Shown: piece by piece, positions 38,013 to 48,010 of the stretch
Position numbering within the stretch: position 1 is the first letter of the stretch
Layout of the letters: each line of letters opens with the position of its first letter
Origin: a virus
Length of the DNA stretch: 64,000 nt
Strand: one strand, 5' to 3'
IMG/VR virus record: IMGVR_UViG_3300020578_000017
Coordinates: 32,001-96,000 of that record
Position numbers and translations under genes: made by a program
Notes under the pieces: generated by a model
The model's input: only the letters and a program-made list of their open reading frames with translations
Told to the model about the DNA's origin: nothing
The model's database searches: none

Positions 38013-38015
38013 ATA

Positions 38016-38477
38016 CTAATCCTCTTGATTTTTGTTCTTAGAAAGATCGACTTGTTGATAAATGTGCTTGCCTTCTAAACCTACGGTAAGATCAGGATAC
38101 GAGCTAATAGGTAAATTATGTCGCTCCCGTACTGCGTTATTGAACTCGCTATTATCTATGTCTAAGATTGCTTGTTCGTGCTGAGCGCGTTCTAACTGCC
38201 TCTGTAGATTTGAGATCCGCTGAGTAAGGTCCTGCTGTCTTACTAGTAGCTGATTGTGCCATTCTTGTTCTTCATCAGAAAGAGTGGCGACACATACGTT
38301 TTCAATCCTTGGCTTTTTAATGCCATCCCAAAGCCAACTATAACTATTTCTTGAATCGTTCATTGACCCCTTAAACAACTTACCTGGGTCAATGAACCAC
38401 TTGCCGATGTAAAAGTTATTGAAATAACTGTCATCATTATTCTTGTTTGGATCGTTATTGAAAATATCATCAAACAT
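38016..38477 (-). CDS. Coiled-coil hypothetical protein
   Basis: Heptad run, then VRERHNLP...VGLEGKHI, weakly like 8217/9828. Confidence 0.55.
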   Translation of the reverse strand: MFDDIFNNDPNKNNDDSYFNNFYIGKWFIDPGKLFKGSMNDSRNSYSWLWDGIKKPRIENVCVATLSDEEQEWHNQLLVRQQDLTQRISNLQRQLERAQHEQAILDIDNSEFNNAVRERHNLPISSYPDLTVGLEGKHIYQQVDLSKNKNQED

Positions 38478-38479
38478 GA

Positions 38480-39580
38480 TTAATCTACCTCAGTTAGTAC
38501 TAAATCTTCTGGATTTATATCTTGATCTTCCGCTTCCTCAGCAGTTGGAGCTGATTTACCTGTTATGACATCCCACCTTAGGTTAGATACAATATCTTCA
38601 TAGAGTGTCTGCATCTCAGGCTTAGCAAGGTTACGGGCAGCAGCATCTACACCAACACCAATTTTGGTTCCCTGGTAAGAAAAAGTTGTTCCAGATTTTT
38701 GTACTACACCAGTTGAAGAACCACCTTCAATGACGGACAAGTAGTTGTCGAATCCCATACCGAATCGAACATAAAGTTCGCCAGACTTGAACGGTGAAGC
38801 AACTTTGTTTTTTGTGCACTTGACTTTGATCTTATTATAAATCTCCATCTGCTCATTCTTGCCCGTAATGTCATTATAAGCAGTTCCCTTGCCTGTACTA
38901 ATACGGGTGAAGCTTAATGCAAGGCTCTTGTAGTATTTCAGGGCCTTGCCGCCCTTAGATTCCTCTTGAGGTCCCATCATTGAACCAAAACCAGATGAAA
39001 TCTTAGTCTGAAGTTGGTTTACTACCAACATTGTAATGTTATGCTCGTTAAGAAGCTTAGTTGCCTTAAGCAAGAACTTGTTGATACCGCGAGCTTGAGC
39101 ACCGATAGTGAGACTTTGATCGGCTGTCTTCTCAAATAACTCCCTGGGGTTCATCGCAGCCACTGAATCAATGATAATCAAGTCAGCAGCTTGATTAGGA
39201 AGAAGGACTTCATTGACGATATGATCGCCCTCTTCAAGATCGTTAGGCTGAAAAACTAGAAATGTATCATTTTTGGTATCAATACCCAATGATTTAACGT
39301 AATCAGGATCAAGAGAATGCTCATAATCTAAGTAAGCTACTGTTAGTCCCTGTTTTTGTGCATTTTTAGCAACAGACAAAGCTAAAGTTGTCTTACCTAC
39401 AGATTCATTACCTACAATCTCAGTAATTCTTCCTTTTGGTATTCCGCCAATTCCGGTAACCTTATCTACAATAAGTGAACCTGTAGAAATTACTTCAATA
39501 GGCTTTGGATCACCAAAGTCACTCCTGAAAATTCCCTTGAACTCTTTCTGTAGCAAATTTAACGCTTTTTGTTTAGACAC
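38480..39580 (-). CDS. recA: RecA recombinase
   Basis: ISTGS, GGIPKGRITEI, GNESVGKTT, DYEHSLD, IIDSVAAM, GGKALKYY, KNKVA.PFK. Confidence 0.95.
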   Translation of the reverse strand: MSKQKALNLLQKEFKGIFRSDFGDPKPIEVISTGSLIVDKVTGIGGIPKGRITEIVGNESVGKTTLALSVAKNAQKQGLTVAYLDYEHSLDPDYVKSLGIDTKNDTFLVFQPNDLEEGDHIVNEVLLPNQAADLIIIDSVAAMNPRELFEKTADQSLTIGAQARGINKFLLKATKLLNEHNITMLVVNQLQTKISSGFGSMMGPQEESKGGKALKYYKSLALSFTRISTGKGTAYNDITGKNEQMEIYNKIKVKCTKNKVASPFKSGELYVRFGMGFDNYLSVIEGGSSTGVVQKSGTTFSYQGTKIGVGVDAAARNLAKPEMQTLYEDIVSNLRWDVITGKSAPTAEEAEDQDINPEDLVLTEVD

Positions 39581-39619
39581 AGATTGCCTCGCTATTCAAG
39601 AAAAATCCCCTTCTACGGG

Positions 39620-39627
39620 ATTATAGG
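39620..39627 (-). promoter_or_regulatory. Putative -10 element upstream of recA
   Basis: CCTATAAT in the intergenic gap, overlapping a small hairpin AATCCC/GGGATT. Confidence 0.45.
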
Positions 39628-39658
39628 AGGGGTCAGTAAAATGATCTTGAAAACCTGG

Positions 39659-40279
39659 CTACGTCCTGTACGGGTAGTCTATTTCTCTGAAATCGTAAAA
39701 GGCTTGACCATCGTTATAAATCATGCCTCTTTTATGATCTTTTATTATTTTCTCAGAGGTTAACATGTCAATAGAAAAGCTATCTTGGATCATATCTTTA
39801 GAAAACGCCTGATGGAAGGCTATGCCTATCCTGGAAATCCAATAAGCGTCTGCTTCGTCTTGCCTAAACTTTGTCTTCGCGGCTTCACCAGCTAAGAAAA
39901 CTATGTCTTTCTTCTGGAGCTTTTGGCTATAGGGCACTTTATATGCCCTGGCCCACTCTTGCATGAACCTATGAACCTGACGAGGTGCTGGTGAGCATAC
40001 AAGCTGTTTATGGTACCAACATTCGTTTAGAATAAACTGATACAAAGCTTGAAGTGTTTCTGATGTAAAGCTTCCAAAGCTCGGACTCTCCACGCTTATT
40101 ATGTCAGGATCGTATGACTCTATGAGACCTGATATTCTATCCGAGATATATCTTACTCGTATGACTAAGTACTCACCGGTTTTCGTGCTAAATCTATCTT
40201 TATACAATACCTTAAAGTTTTCATCAAGAACAACTATTCCAGTATTACTTAAAGATTGATCTATTCCTAAAGAGATCAC
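39659..40279 (-). CDS. ruvC: RuvC-like Holliday junction resolvase
   Basis: LGIDQSLSNTG, SVESP, QDEADAY acidic catalytic pattern. Confidence 0.85.
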   Translation of the reverse strand: MISLGIDQSLSNTGIVVLDENFKVLYKDRFSTKTGEYLVIRVRYISDRISGLIESYDPDIISVESPSFGSFTSETLQALYQFILNECWYHKQLVCSPAPRQVHRFMQEWARAYKVPYSQKLQKKDIVFLAGEAAKTKFRQDEADAYWISRIGIAFHQAFSKDMIQDSFSIDMLTSEKIIKDHKRGMIYNDGQAFYDFREIDYPYRT

Positions 40280-40299
40280 TAATTAAACTATAGAAATAC

Positions 40300-40575
40300 T
40301 TAATCAGCGAGTTTTAAATCAGCAAGAAATGGATAAGATTTATTTTCTGGAAACTCTGCCATTTTGCTTTCTAGATAATCTTTAACTACTTTTTTTCTGC
40401 TTGGCTTTTTCTCTGCGTTTCTTCCAATCGGATAACGCTCCCAAGAAATGAAACTTCCAGTGTTTTGATCAGGAAAAGTAAATTCCTGATCTTTTCTTTT
40501 TTTCTTTTTAGTCTTATGCTTTTCCTTAGGCTTGTTGTCTATGCCAAGCTTAGGTACTTTAATTTCTTCTTCCAT
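40300..40575 (-). CDS. Small basic hypothetical protein
   Basis: 91-aa Lys-rich ORF. Confidence 0.5.
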   Translation of the reverse strand: MEEEIKVPKLGIDNKPKEKHKTKKKKRKDQEFTFPDQNTGSFISWERYPIGRNAEKKPSRKKVVKDYLESKMAEFPENKSYPFLADLKLAD

Positions 40576-40583
40576 ACAAACGC

Positions 40584-40623
40584 AAAGTAAAAGGCGGTTA
40601 CACCAATTAAAGTGTAACCGCCT
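40584..40623 (-). terminator. Intrinsic terminator after the SSB-like gene
   Basis: 12-bp stem AGGCGGTTACAC/GTGTAACCGCCT followed by TTTACTTT. Confidence 0.8.
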
Positions 40624-40647
40624 CTGTCCTCTATTTAGTTTATTTTA

Positions 40648-41415
40648 TCAGTTCCCGAACTGAGCAAGAAGCTCAGATAGGTCATCAGCGGAGGGTGTGT
40701 CTGCGGGAACTGCTCCAGAACTAAGCCCAAACGCTTCACGAAGCTCATCAAGGCTACGCTCACGTCCAAGTTCACGCTTAAGAGTCTGCATCATAGAGGC
40801 AGCTTCATCGAGAATCTGATTCTCAATATCGGGATTAGCACGCCAGGCTGCGTCCTTACAAGGAGAGAAGTCGAGCTTCTGATAATCTTCTTCCGTACAA
40901 GTAACCATAAGGTCGTGTCTAATGAGGGGGAATTCCTTGTTCTTCATCCTAAGCGAGGTGTACTTAGGTTGGCTGAAAATCCAAGGCTTGACGACATAGT
41001 TGAAAGGCTTCTGAAGAGCGCCGGACTTATCAGTTGTGTAGTGGACAACAGGCATAGCAATCTTTAGAGTAGGCTTGCCAGTATTTTCACAGCAAACTTC
41101 AGTATGGCCTGGCTTTGATAGGCAGAAGAAAACCCCTAGGTTCTTGAACCTATCATTGTAGTGGACATGTGCAGCGACGGGAGAAAAATAATGAATATAG
41201 TGCTTGCCGTCGATAGTGGCCTTTTCCATATCACCAGACTCCACACGAGGTGCAATCTCAGAAAGCTTTTCCTTGCTGAACGAGGTAAGGGGGGTGCGGG
41301 TATAGATGAAGCCGATTCGATCTGTAACTCCACGCTTACCACGATACTTCTCTACTTCACCGCCGCGTACTGACGAGTCATTAAACCCGTCTAGGTTGAC
41401 TAGAAAGTCACTCAT
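40648..41415 (-). CDS. Probable single-stranded DNA-binding protein (gp32-like)
   Basis: H-C-CC possible Zn ligands, aromatic beta core, acidic tail; own promoter, GGAGG SD and terminator; near recA/ruvC. Confidence 0.55.
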   Translation of the reverse strand: MSDFLVNLDGFNDSSVRGGEVEKYRGKRGVTDRIGFIYTRTPLTSFSKEKLSEIAPRVESGDMEKATIDGKHYIHYFSPVAAHVHYNDRFKNLGVFFCLSKPGHTEVCCENTGKPTLKIAMPVVHYTTDKSGALQKPFNYVVKPWIFSQPKYTSLRMKNKEFPLIRHDLMVTCTEEDYQKLDFSPCKDAAWRANPDIENQILDEAASMMQTLKRELGRERSLDELREAFGLSSGAVPADTPSADDLSELLAQFGN

Positions 41416-41442
41416 CTATATTTTCCTCCGATGATGTGACCT

Positions 41443-41450
41443 ATTATAGG
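41443..41450 (-). promoter_or_regulatory. Putative -10 element upstream of the SSB-like gene
   Basis: CCTATAAT about 28 nt before the ATG, followed by GGAGG. Confidence 0.5.
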
Positions 41451-41474
41451 AACCTAGAATTTTTTCCGATAAAC

Positions 41475-42107
41475 TTATTTCTGGCCAAAAAACTCAGACA
41501 GGTCCAAGTCGTCATTGGCTAGTTTTCCTACGACTGGTGAAGAAGTAGCGCTTCCGAACTTCTTCAAGACTAGTGGAACATCAGGAAGCCTATCTATTGG
41601 GGTCTCCCCAAGCTTGATCCGTGAGTTCATGATATCCCACTGCGTCCTAATATCGCTTCTTATGTCTTTAAGGAACTTGATTCTGTTTTCTACGATATCT
41701 AAAGCTGCTTCATGGGCTAAAACCATGTCCCTCAAGATTGTCAGCTCTCTAATCTCATCATCTAGCTTTGACTGTGCATAAGCTTCTTTGTGGTTTACCG
41801 CAGTTAATTGCTGAGCAAAAGGATCAGTGCTCATTATGTCCTGCTTCTTTACTTTTAGTAAAAGTTTTGCTGCGTTTTCTGCTCTTTTTACTTTAGTTAG
41901 CGCATCTCTTAATTTTGCTCTTTGAGTTTCTAGAGTTCTGAACTTTGTTTGCGCTTCAAATATCTTTTCTTCAATAAATCTAGGGCCTGCTTCAATAGAA
42001 TCTGACGGCATTTCAACAATAGTAGCCATGGCTTCTTCCATGATACTATTTAACTGGCTATCAGTAAAAGAACCGGCTACCCCTAACCATTCATTTCCTA
42101 AGCTCAC
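41475..42107 (-). CDS. Long coiled-coil protein (possible UvsY-like recombination mediator)
   Basis: Helical hairpin next to ssb/recA; AGGAGG plus GTG; function inferred from context only. Confidence 0.4.
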   Translation of the reverse strand: MSLGNEWLGVAGSFTDSQLNSIMEEAMATIVEMPSDSIEAGPRFIEEKIFEAQTKFRTLETQRAKLRDALTKVKRAENAAKLLLKVKKQDIMSTDPFAQQLTAVNHKEAYAQSKLDDEIRELTILRDMVLAHEAALDIVENRIKFLKDIRSDIRTQWDIMNSRIKLGETPIDRLPDVPLVLKKFGSATSSPVVGKLANDDLDLSEFFGQK

Positions 42108-42118
42108 AATAACCTCCT

Positions 42119-43246
42119 CTATGACTTATAGACTTCCTCTATTACCTTTGCTAAGGATTGTGACGCTTTTTTCCACGTCCAATCTTTGACGTGATTATGA
42201 CCACTTAATCCTACTTCCTTATTCCTCTGCCTGTCATTAAAAGCCTGAGCAAGAATGTTAGATAGGCTTCCTGGATCGGGGTTAGCCCACTTATGGTCGT
42301 TATCTTGATCGGCAAAGTCAAAGCTTGGATGACGAACTGACTGCTTTGGAAGATCAACAAGATGATAGTCAATATGGTAAGCAACTTCTTTAGGTAAAAT
42401 TTCAGCTGGTGCTGACCACCCAGTAACTGCAACTGGTGCGCCACACGCTGCAGCTTGTGGACCAGCATGTCCCCACGCTTCACCTCTTGTCGGCATTACA
42501 AAAAGATCTGCTGACTTAAACAATCTTGCCATAACTGGATATTTTAGATAAGCACTTATGATATTTACTTCTGGTGCAAAAGCTTGATGATGTTGTCTGA
42601 TATTTGCTATTAAATTCTTTAATGCAGATATCTCTTGCTCTGAATCTGAGTATACTTTGATAATTAATCTTGCATTTTGAACATTTGCAAATGTATAAAG
42701 GAAAGAATTTATAAGTACATCAAAACCTTTCCTGTTTTGCATGAGCCCAACTGATACTACATTAAACTTATCGCTAAACTCATCCAAAGGCTTGACATTG
42801 ATGTTAAAGTCACTAGCTATGCCATTAGGTACAACATAAACTGGAGTTTTCATCTCTTCTCTGGATTCAAAGATTTCCTTGTTGAAAACAGATGGAGATA
42901 TAATGGCATCCATCGTGTTGCAAAAAGGTATCCAAGCCTTTGGAATTCTGTCTGTTTCAAAAACACCATAACCAATATTCTTAGGACAAAACTTTACCCA
43001 TTCTGTAGCTAATATAGATTGAATAGATATACCCCTAGACATATCTATTCTGTTTTGAGACATTCTCTGCAATCTTTCAAAGATCCCAGGCTCAATATCG
43101 GCTCTTGTATAACTAGAGTCAAAGTTATCTAGCTGTATATGAAACTTACTAGTATCTTCAAGACCTAATAATAAGTTTCTAGCTGTTTCTGAATAACCTG
43201 TTCCGTCAAGTACAGGAGCTCGATAGTAGACTGGAATCTTCGACAT
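42119..43246 (-). CDS. Glycosyltransferase, GT-B/GT4 family
   Basis: TGY...R, FETD, RKGFDVLI, ADLFVMPTRGEAWG. Confidence 0.9.
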   Translation of the reverse strand: MSKIPVYYRAPVLDGTGYSETARNLLLGLEDTSKFHIQLDNFDSSYTRADIEPGIFERLQRMSQNRIDMSRGISIQSILATEWVKFCPKNIGYGVFETDRIPKAWIPFCNTMDAIISPSVFNKEIFESREEMKTPVYVVPNGIASDFNINVKPLDEFSDKFNVVSVGLMQNRKGFDVLINSFLYTFANVQNARLIIKVYSDSEQEISALKNLIANIRQHHQAFAPEVNIISAYLKYPVMARLFKSADLFVMPTRGEAWGHAGPQAAACGAPVAVTGWSAPAEILPKEVAYHIDYHLVDLPKQSVRHPSFDFADQDNDHKWANPDPGSLSNILAQAFNDRQRNKEVGLSGHNHVKDWTWKKASQSLAKVIEEVYKS

Positions 43247-43250
43247 TTTT

Positions 43251-44501
43251 TTACGCCTTTTGAATCATTGCAGGAGAGATGCTATTTCTGGTTTTATCGA
43301 GGTAACCAGAAACTAGATTTGTCATAGTCCTACCAAGGTCAGACCAAGCATGATCTTGTGCCCATAAATAGGCTGTTTGCGCCTTATCCTTTAGAGAATC
43401 CTGGTTCTCATAGGCATTCTTCATGGCCTCAGCTAGTTGTCTATGATCAATAAGCCTTTGAACTACGTTATGTGTTGCGTATAAACCAGTAGGACACTCA
43501 ATAGCTAAGCCTCGCTCTTCATTGTCACCTATTTGTTCACGGCAAGCGCTATTATCAGGAACAATTACAGGAACCCGAGAAGCCATAGCTTCTGTAATTG
43601 GAAGGCCCCAACCTTCTCCCATAGCCGTGCTTACAAATAGGTCACTAGCTTGGTAGATATTCGCTAATATATTTACTGGAATACCGTCATTAATATTATG
43701 GTTAGCTGGGAAAAATACATAAGGAGTAGCTTCTGGGCAGTCTCTCTTGATAACCTCAGATAGTGGGAATCCGGCTGGATCATTATCTGCGGTATGCATG
43801 TAAACGGCTAAATCCTTCGGTACGCCGCCTAAGTTTCTTTCCCAGTGCGCTAAGGCCTGAATAATCGCCTGTGGATTCTTTCTTACGAAGTTTCTGCCTA
43901 CCCATGAAATTAAAAACTTATCTTTAGCGAAAGGAAGTAACTTTGCCTTAAGGTCCTTCTTCTCTGATGGACTTACTGGCTTGAATACATTTGTATCAAC
44001 ACCATGATGAAGAACATCTACCTTAAGGTTATTTGTGACCTTCTCAATTTCACGCTTACCGTATTCTGTAAAGCAAACCAAACCATCAAACTGCTCAAGG
44101 AAAGGGACCCAGGGTAGAGGGAAGCAATCTCCATCGACAGGGAAATAGAATACCTGACATACTTTGCCGCGATACTTCTGAACCTGTTGAGCTAAGTTAC
44201 CCATAAGCATGAAAGTGTCTGCAATGTAGAAAATTACATCTGGTTTAAAGGATTCTACCACAACATCAAAAACATCGGCGCCAAATCTATTACCTAGTAC
44301 ATGATAGAACTTGGCGGGCACGCCAAAGCTTACTCGCTCTGACATCTCATAATAAGTTGGTACGTAACCACTCCAACCCCAAGCCAAGAACCCTAAATCG
44401 AACTTTCTAGTGAAGGATTTAGCTAGGTTCCGCGAGACACCAGAATAACCTGACGCGAAGTGCGGGCTTTCAGTTACAATAAGGATTCTTGGCTTAGCCA
44501 T
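43251..44501 (-). CDS. Glycosyltransferase, GT-B/GT4 family
   Basis: HGVDTNVFKP, GRNFVRKN, SDLFVSTAMGEGWGLPITEAMA. Confidence 0.92.
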   Translation of the reverse strand: MAKPRILIVTESPHFASGYSGVSRNLAKSFTRKFDLGFLAWGWSGYVPTYYEMSERVSFGVPAKFYHVLGNRFGADVFDVVVESFKPDVIFYIADTFMLMGNLAQQVQKYRGKVCQVFYFPVDGDCFPLPWVPFLEQFDGLVCFTEYGKREIEKVTNNLKVDVLHHGVDTNVFKPVSPSEKKDLKAKLLPFAKDKFLISWVGRNFVRKNPQAIIQALAHWERNLGGVPKDLAVYMHTADNDPAGFPLSEVIKRDCPEATPYVFFPANHNINDGIPVNILANIYQASDLFVSTAMGEGWGLPITEAMASRVPVIVPDNSACREQIGDNEERGLAIECPTGLYATHNVVQRLIDHRQLAEAMKNAYENQDSLKDKAQTAYLWAQDHAWSDLGRTMTNLVSGYLDKTRNSISPAMIQKA

Positions 44502-44503
44502 TT

Positions 44504-44839
44504 TTAGACACCTACCTGCTCAGTAGTTACTACTGGAAAGGCCTGAACTTCCTCAGTAGTTCTATTTTGATTAAGTAGCTCAGCCTGGACTAACTCAGTA
44601 AGTTGCTGTAAAAGCGTACTTACAGTCTCATGAACCTCTGTGCTAAGGCCATCTTGAGTTAAATCGAAAGTTCCAGCAGAAGTAACAGGAGTATAAGTTC
44701 CGTCATTCTTGTCAATTCCTGCACTTAGCCTGACCCTGACTAGATTGCTTGCTGGATTAACTAGAAGCTCCTCCACTCGAAAGGCGTTTAGTGTAACAGA
44801 CTGTGGTTCTACTAACTTTCCAAATGTACTAGTAAGCAT
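44504..44839 (-). CDS. Hypothetical protein heading the glycosyltransferase unit
   Basis: 111 aa; GAGG SD; CCTATAAT upstream. Confidence 0.55.
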   Translation of the reverse strand: MLTSTFGKLVEPQSVTLNAFRVEELLVNPASNLVRVRLSAGIDKNDGTYTPVTSAGTFDLTQDGLSTEVHETVSTLLQQLTELVQAELLNQNRTTEEVQAFPVVTTEQVGV

Positions 44840-44865
44840 TTTCTATAACCTCTTCTCTTGACGAG

Positions 44866-44873
44866 ATTATAGG
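44866..44873 (-). promoter_or_regulatory. Putative -10 element for the 44839-GT-GT unit
   Basis: CCTATAAT in the intergenic gap. Confidence 0.45.
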
Positions 44874-44891
44874 GCTACACTTACTAAGAAA

Positions 44892-47800
44892 TTAGTTTAA
44901 TTTCTGAATAATTATTGTACCATAAATGTTGGCTGTTCCAGAAGGAGAACTATCTGTTTTTCTTGCCTGAGCGTAAATCTTTAAGTATCCTGGCTCGGTT
45001 ACAGGTATGATCTCATCTAAGGTTATTGGGTAGTACCCATTAAGTAATCCGCCTGCATTTATAGGTGGTAAAAAAGTTTGCCCAGAAGTTACGAGAGTAT
45101 ATGAGGAATCCCTAAACTCATAGTAGAATCTCATGAAAGCTACAATGTTATTAGCCGACATATCTACTCTTCCGTTGAAAGTAGATCGAACAAATTGATT
45201 TTCTTCTAAGGTAGTTTCATCTCTTACTTGAACCTCAGCGTAAGTGATCGTTGTCCAAGACGTTGAGCTGACTAGTATCTCACTTGACTGGAAGGTCTGA
45301 GAATAATCAATACCTTGTATGTAGTTTTTAATCACATCTTTGGTCTTTACTAGACCAGCGGTAATAGTACCGGAGTGGTAAGAGAAAATTCTCTTGGTTC
45401 CAGTATAGAACGGAGCTACGTCAGGATAGACGTATGATGTATTCGTACCAGTGAATAGTACATTGTAAACTCCACCTATGGATATAGATGCTAGATTATT
45501 GTTGAAAGATGCCCATACTCTATAGCTAGAAGCCCCAGCAACAGGTAACCAGCTAAAGGTTCTTGCATTAGGATAATTTTCTGTCCTTACAATATTTGAA
45601 GCACCAACTGCAAAACCATTTGCATCTAAAGCCTGTATGAAAAATGAATGCTGCGTGCCTGTAGTGTCATTAATACTTAGGGTAGTTGACGGGAACTTAT
45701 TGACCTGTATAGGCATAGCAGAATCAATTTTGTCGCCTACTGTAAGACCTGAATTTTCTACGCCATTACTTATAGTTTTTAGAATAATTTGAGAAGTCTC
45801 ATCACCATTTGTTATGGTATTAAAATTAGTCTCGAAAGACCCAGAAAGCGTATCCTCACTGGCGCTGTTTTGTGCATAGAATTGCATAGATAATCCTATA
45901 CCGCTCAACACTGTTACGCCGCTTGTTCTCCTAAAAAACTTAATAAAATCTACAACGTTGTTGTTATCGTCGCTAGAATAAGTCCTTGCTGCTGTAAAGG
46001 GTATGCTAATATCTGCTTGACCAATTGATAAAGCTTCACCAGCTTCTATCGTCCCACTTACTTCTAAGTTGCTCCTAAATAAACCACTACCACTAACATC
46101 AAAATCAGTAGTAGGATTGCTCGTAAGAACACCTACTCTAAGCGTATCACCCCTTGTGGAAAGAATTGTGCTCCCAGCCCCCCCAGAAGCATCAGACCAA
46201 ACTCTCCAGTAGCAACCAACCCTTTCATCTTGATTGGTTAAGTCAATAGACCATTCTTGATTATCTGCTGTTGCTTCTAAAATAGTATTTGTGTATGGTT
46301 TAAGGTACTGGTTTCCTGATACATAAAGATTACCTGATACAGTAATATCACTGCCAAAGTTAAGTGTACCACTGACTGATAGATCACCAGCTAAATCTAT
46401 ATCGCCAGCAAAGTAGTTTCGATCTCCCGTACCGGCCTGGTAAATACCCCAACCACCACTTACAACACCGACATCTTGAGACTCAATGTATAATCCGTAA
46501 CTGTAAATGGGAGACTGGGTACCAAGGGGTGATCTTGTAGGTGCATTAGGTGAGCGAGCTAAAAAGTTAATCGCCTTGTAGTCTGGGTAATCTCCTCCAG
46601 CAAAAGAGGTTTCGTTATTACTGTCGTAAATGGCTTGAGCGGATATAGCTACTGAACCAGATAAACTACTAGTTCCTGATTCTGGTGCGGTTCTGACAAA
46701 TAGTCCAGAAACAGCTTGTGCTGCATAACCACCTACAAAATTGTCGGACAGGTTAGTTCTTATATTTTGAACCAGTAATACTGTTGTATTTATTGGATTA
46801 CCAGGTGCTGTTACTAAGTTTCCAGAAGTTGAAAAACTAAACCCATAATCGTTTGCCGTGTGTACTCCATTAAGCGCATCTATAGCGCCACTAAAGTTTA
46901 ATCCAGATGGAGTAGATAGTACACCATTTACAGTTAAGTCATGAGTAGATGTAGCGCCGCTAAGTAATGTAACACCTGAGTTTATGAAAGAAGAACCGCT
47001 TAAACCTTTCATCTCCGTCGTAAACGTTGAATTTCCGCTAAAGGTCGTTGTACTTTCAAATACAAAACTGCTTACTGCGTTTACCTGACCAGATGCTATA
47101 CTGATTCCTGTTGTGCCTTGATTTATGATATTTAATCTTATCGATGAACCGCTTACTTTAGACTCAACTCCAGTCATCTTATTAGAGTTATCTGAGCTAG
47201 ATTCATCTTTATGCTTGAAAAGTAAGAATAAAGTACCGCTTGTTCCAGTATCTACGTGACGTAGAGTAATGCCTTCTGTATAGGCAGTAGAACCTGATCC
47301 AGTCCTTACCTCTAGCTTTGGTGATGAATTTGGGAATAAATCTGATGAACTATGAAAAGCTAAAACAGAATCAGAACCAATCGCTAATTTGTTGCTAGTA
47401 TCTGCAGATATTAATGTGCTTGTACCAAGAGAGTCACTAGAACAAATTTTAAGCTTACCTGTATCACTTCCATCTATACCAAATGACCAAGTATTAGAAT
47501 TCGTAAATCTAATTTTAGCATCACCTGAGCCAACTTGTTGTATCAGTAGCCCAGAACCAGAAGTATTATCCTCATATACATGTAATAAAGCTGATGGGTT
47601 TCCGGCAGTATCACCAATTCTTATACCAGATGAAGTTGCCCTTAAAGACTCGAAGCCACCAACATATAAAGATGTATGTGTGGGTCGGATTGCTGTGCCA
47701 AAGTTTGCATAAGTATCATCACCAGATGGAAGATCGCTTACTAAACCACTATCTTTTGTAGTAGTTGGATCACAAACTTCAAATACCGCACTACCGCTTT

Positions 47801-47990
47801 GATTGAAGTTTACTACTGAAGCGATTATATTGGTTGAATTTGCTCCAGTTTTTACAAATAATGTACCAGACTTTACTGAACCAGTATTAGATTCTAGGGT
47901 AAAAACGAAATCTGAAGGTTGCCAGGTTCCGTTTGTAGTCAAGATTTCTATCTCAACTTCTGGTAAGTTATAAACGTACTCAAATGGCAT
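44892..47990 (-). CDS. Fibre / receptor-binding protein (N-terminus type A, body type Y)
   Basis: S/G/T-rich beta repeats, RVGV.TSNP motif, YGLYIE.Q...GIYQ...NYFAG module. Confidence 0.7.
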   Translation of the reverse strand: MPFEYVYNLPEVEIEILTTNGTWQPSDFVFTLESNTGSVKSGTLFVKTGANSTNIIASVVNFNQSGSAVFEVCDPTTTKDSGLVSDLPSGDDTYANFGTAIRPTHTSLYVGGFESLRATSSGIRIGDTAGNPSALLHVYEDNTSGSGLLIQQVGSGDAKIRFTNSNTWSFGIDGSDTGKLKICSSDSLGTSTLISADTSNKLAIGSDSVLAFHSSSDLFPNSSPKLEVRTGSGSTAYTEGITLRHVDTGTSGTLFLLFKHKDESSSDNSNKMTGVESKVSGSSIRLNIINQGTTGISIASGQVNAVSSFVFESTTTFSGNSTFTTEMKGLSGSSFINSGVTLLSGATSTHDLTVNGVLSTPSGLNFSGAIDALNGVHTANDYGFSFSTSGNLVTAPGNPINTTVLLVQNIRTNLSDNFVGGYAAQAVSGLFVRTAPESGTSSLSGSVAISAQAIYDSNNETSFAGGDYPDYKAINFLARSPNAPTRSPLGTQSPIYSYGLYIESQDVGVVSGGWGIYQAGTGDRNYFAGDIDLAGDLSVSGTLNFGSDITVSGNLYVSGNQYLKPYTNTILEATADNQEWSIDLTNQDERVGCYWRVWSDASGGAGSTILSTRGDTLRVGVLTSNPTTDFDVSGSGLFRSNLEVSGTIEAGEALSIGQADISIPFTAARTYSSDDNNNVVDFIKFFRRTSGVTVLSGIGLSMQFYAQNSASEDTLSGSFETNFNTITNGDETSQIILKTISNGVENSGLTVGDKIDSAMPIQVNKFPSTTLSINDTTGTQHSFFIQALDANGFAVGASNIVRTENYPNARTFSWLPVAGASSYRVWASFNNNLASISIGGVYNVLFTGTNTSYVYPDVAPFYTGTKRIFSYHSGTITAGLVKTKDVIKNYIQGIDYSQTFQSSEILVSSTSWTTITYAEVQVRDETTLEENQFVRSTFNGRVDMSANNIVAFMRFYYEFRDSSYTLVTSGQTFLPPINAGGLLNGYYPITLDEIIPVTEPGYLKIYAQARKTDSSPSGTANIYGTIIIQKLN

Positions 47991-48010
47991 TTAAATCGTA
48001 CCTAATCACT

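Noticed and set aside
23421-39580. Inteins or introns in terL, dnaX or recA
   Set aside because: Lengths are normal and motifs contiguous; no splice-junction or homing-endonuclease signatures.
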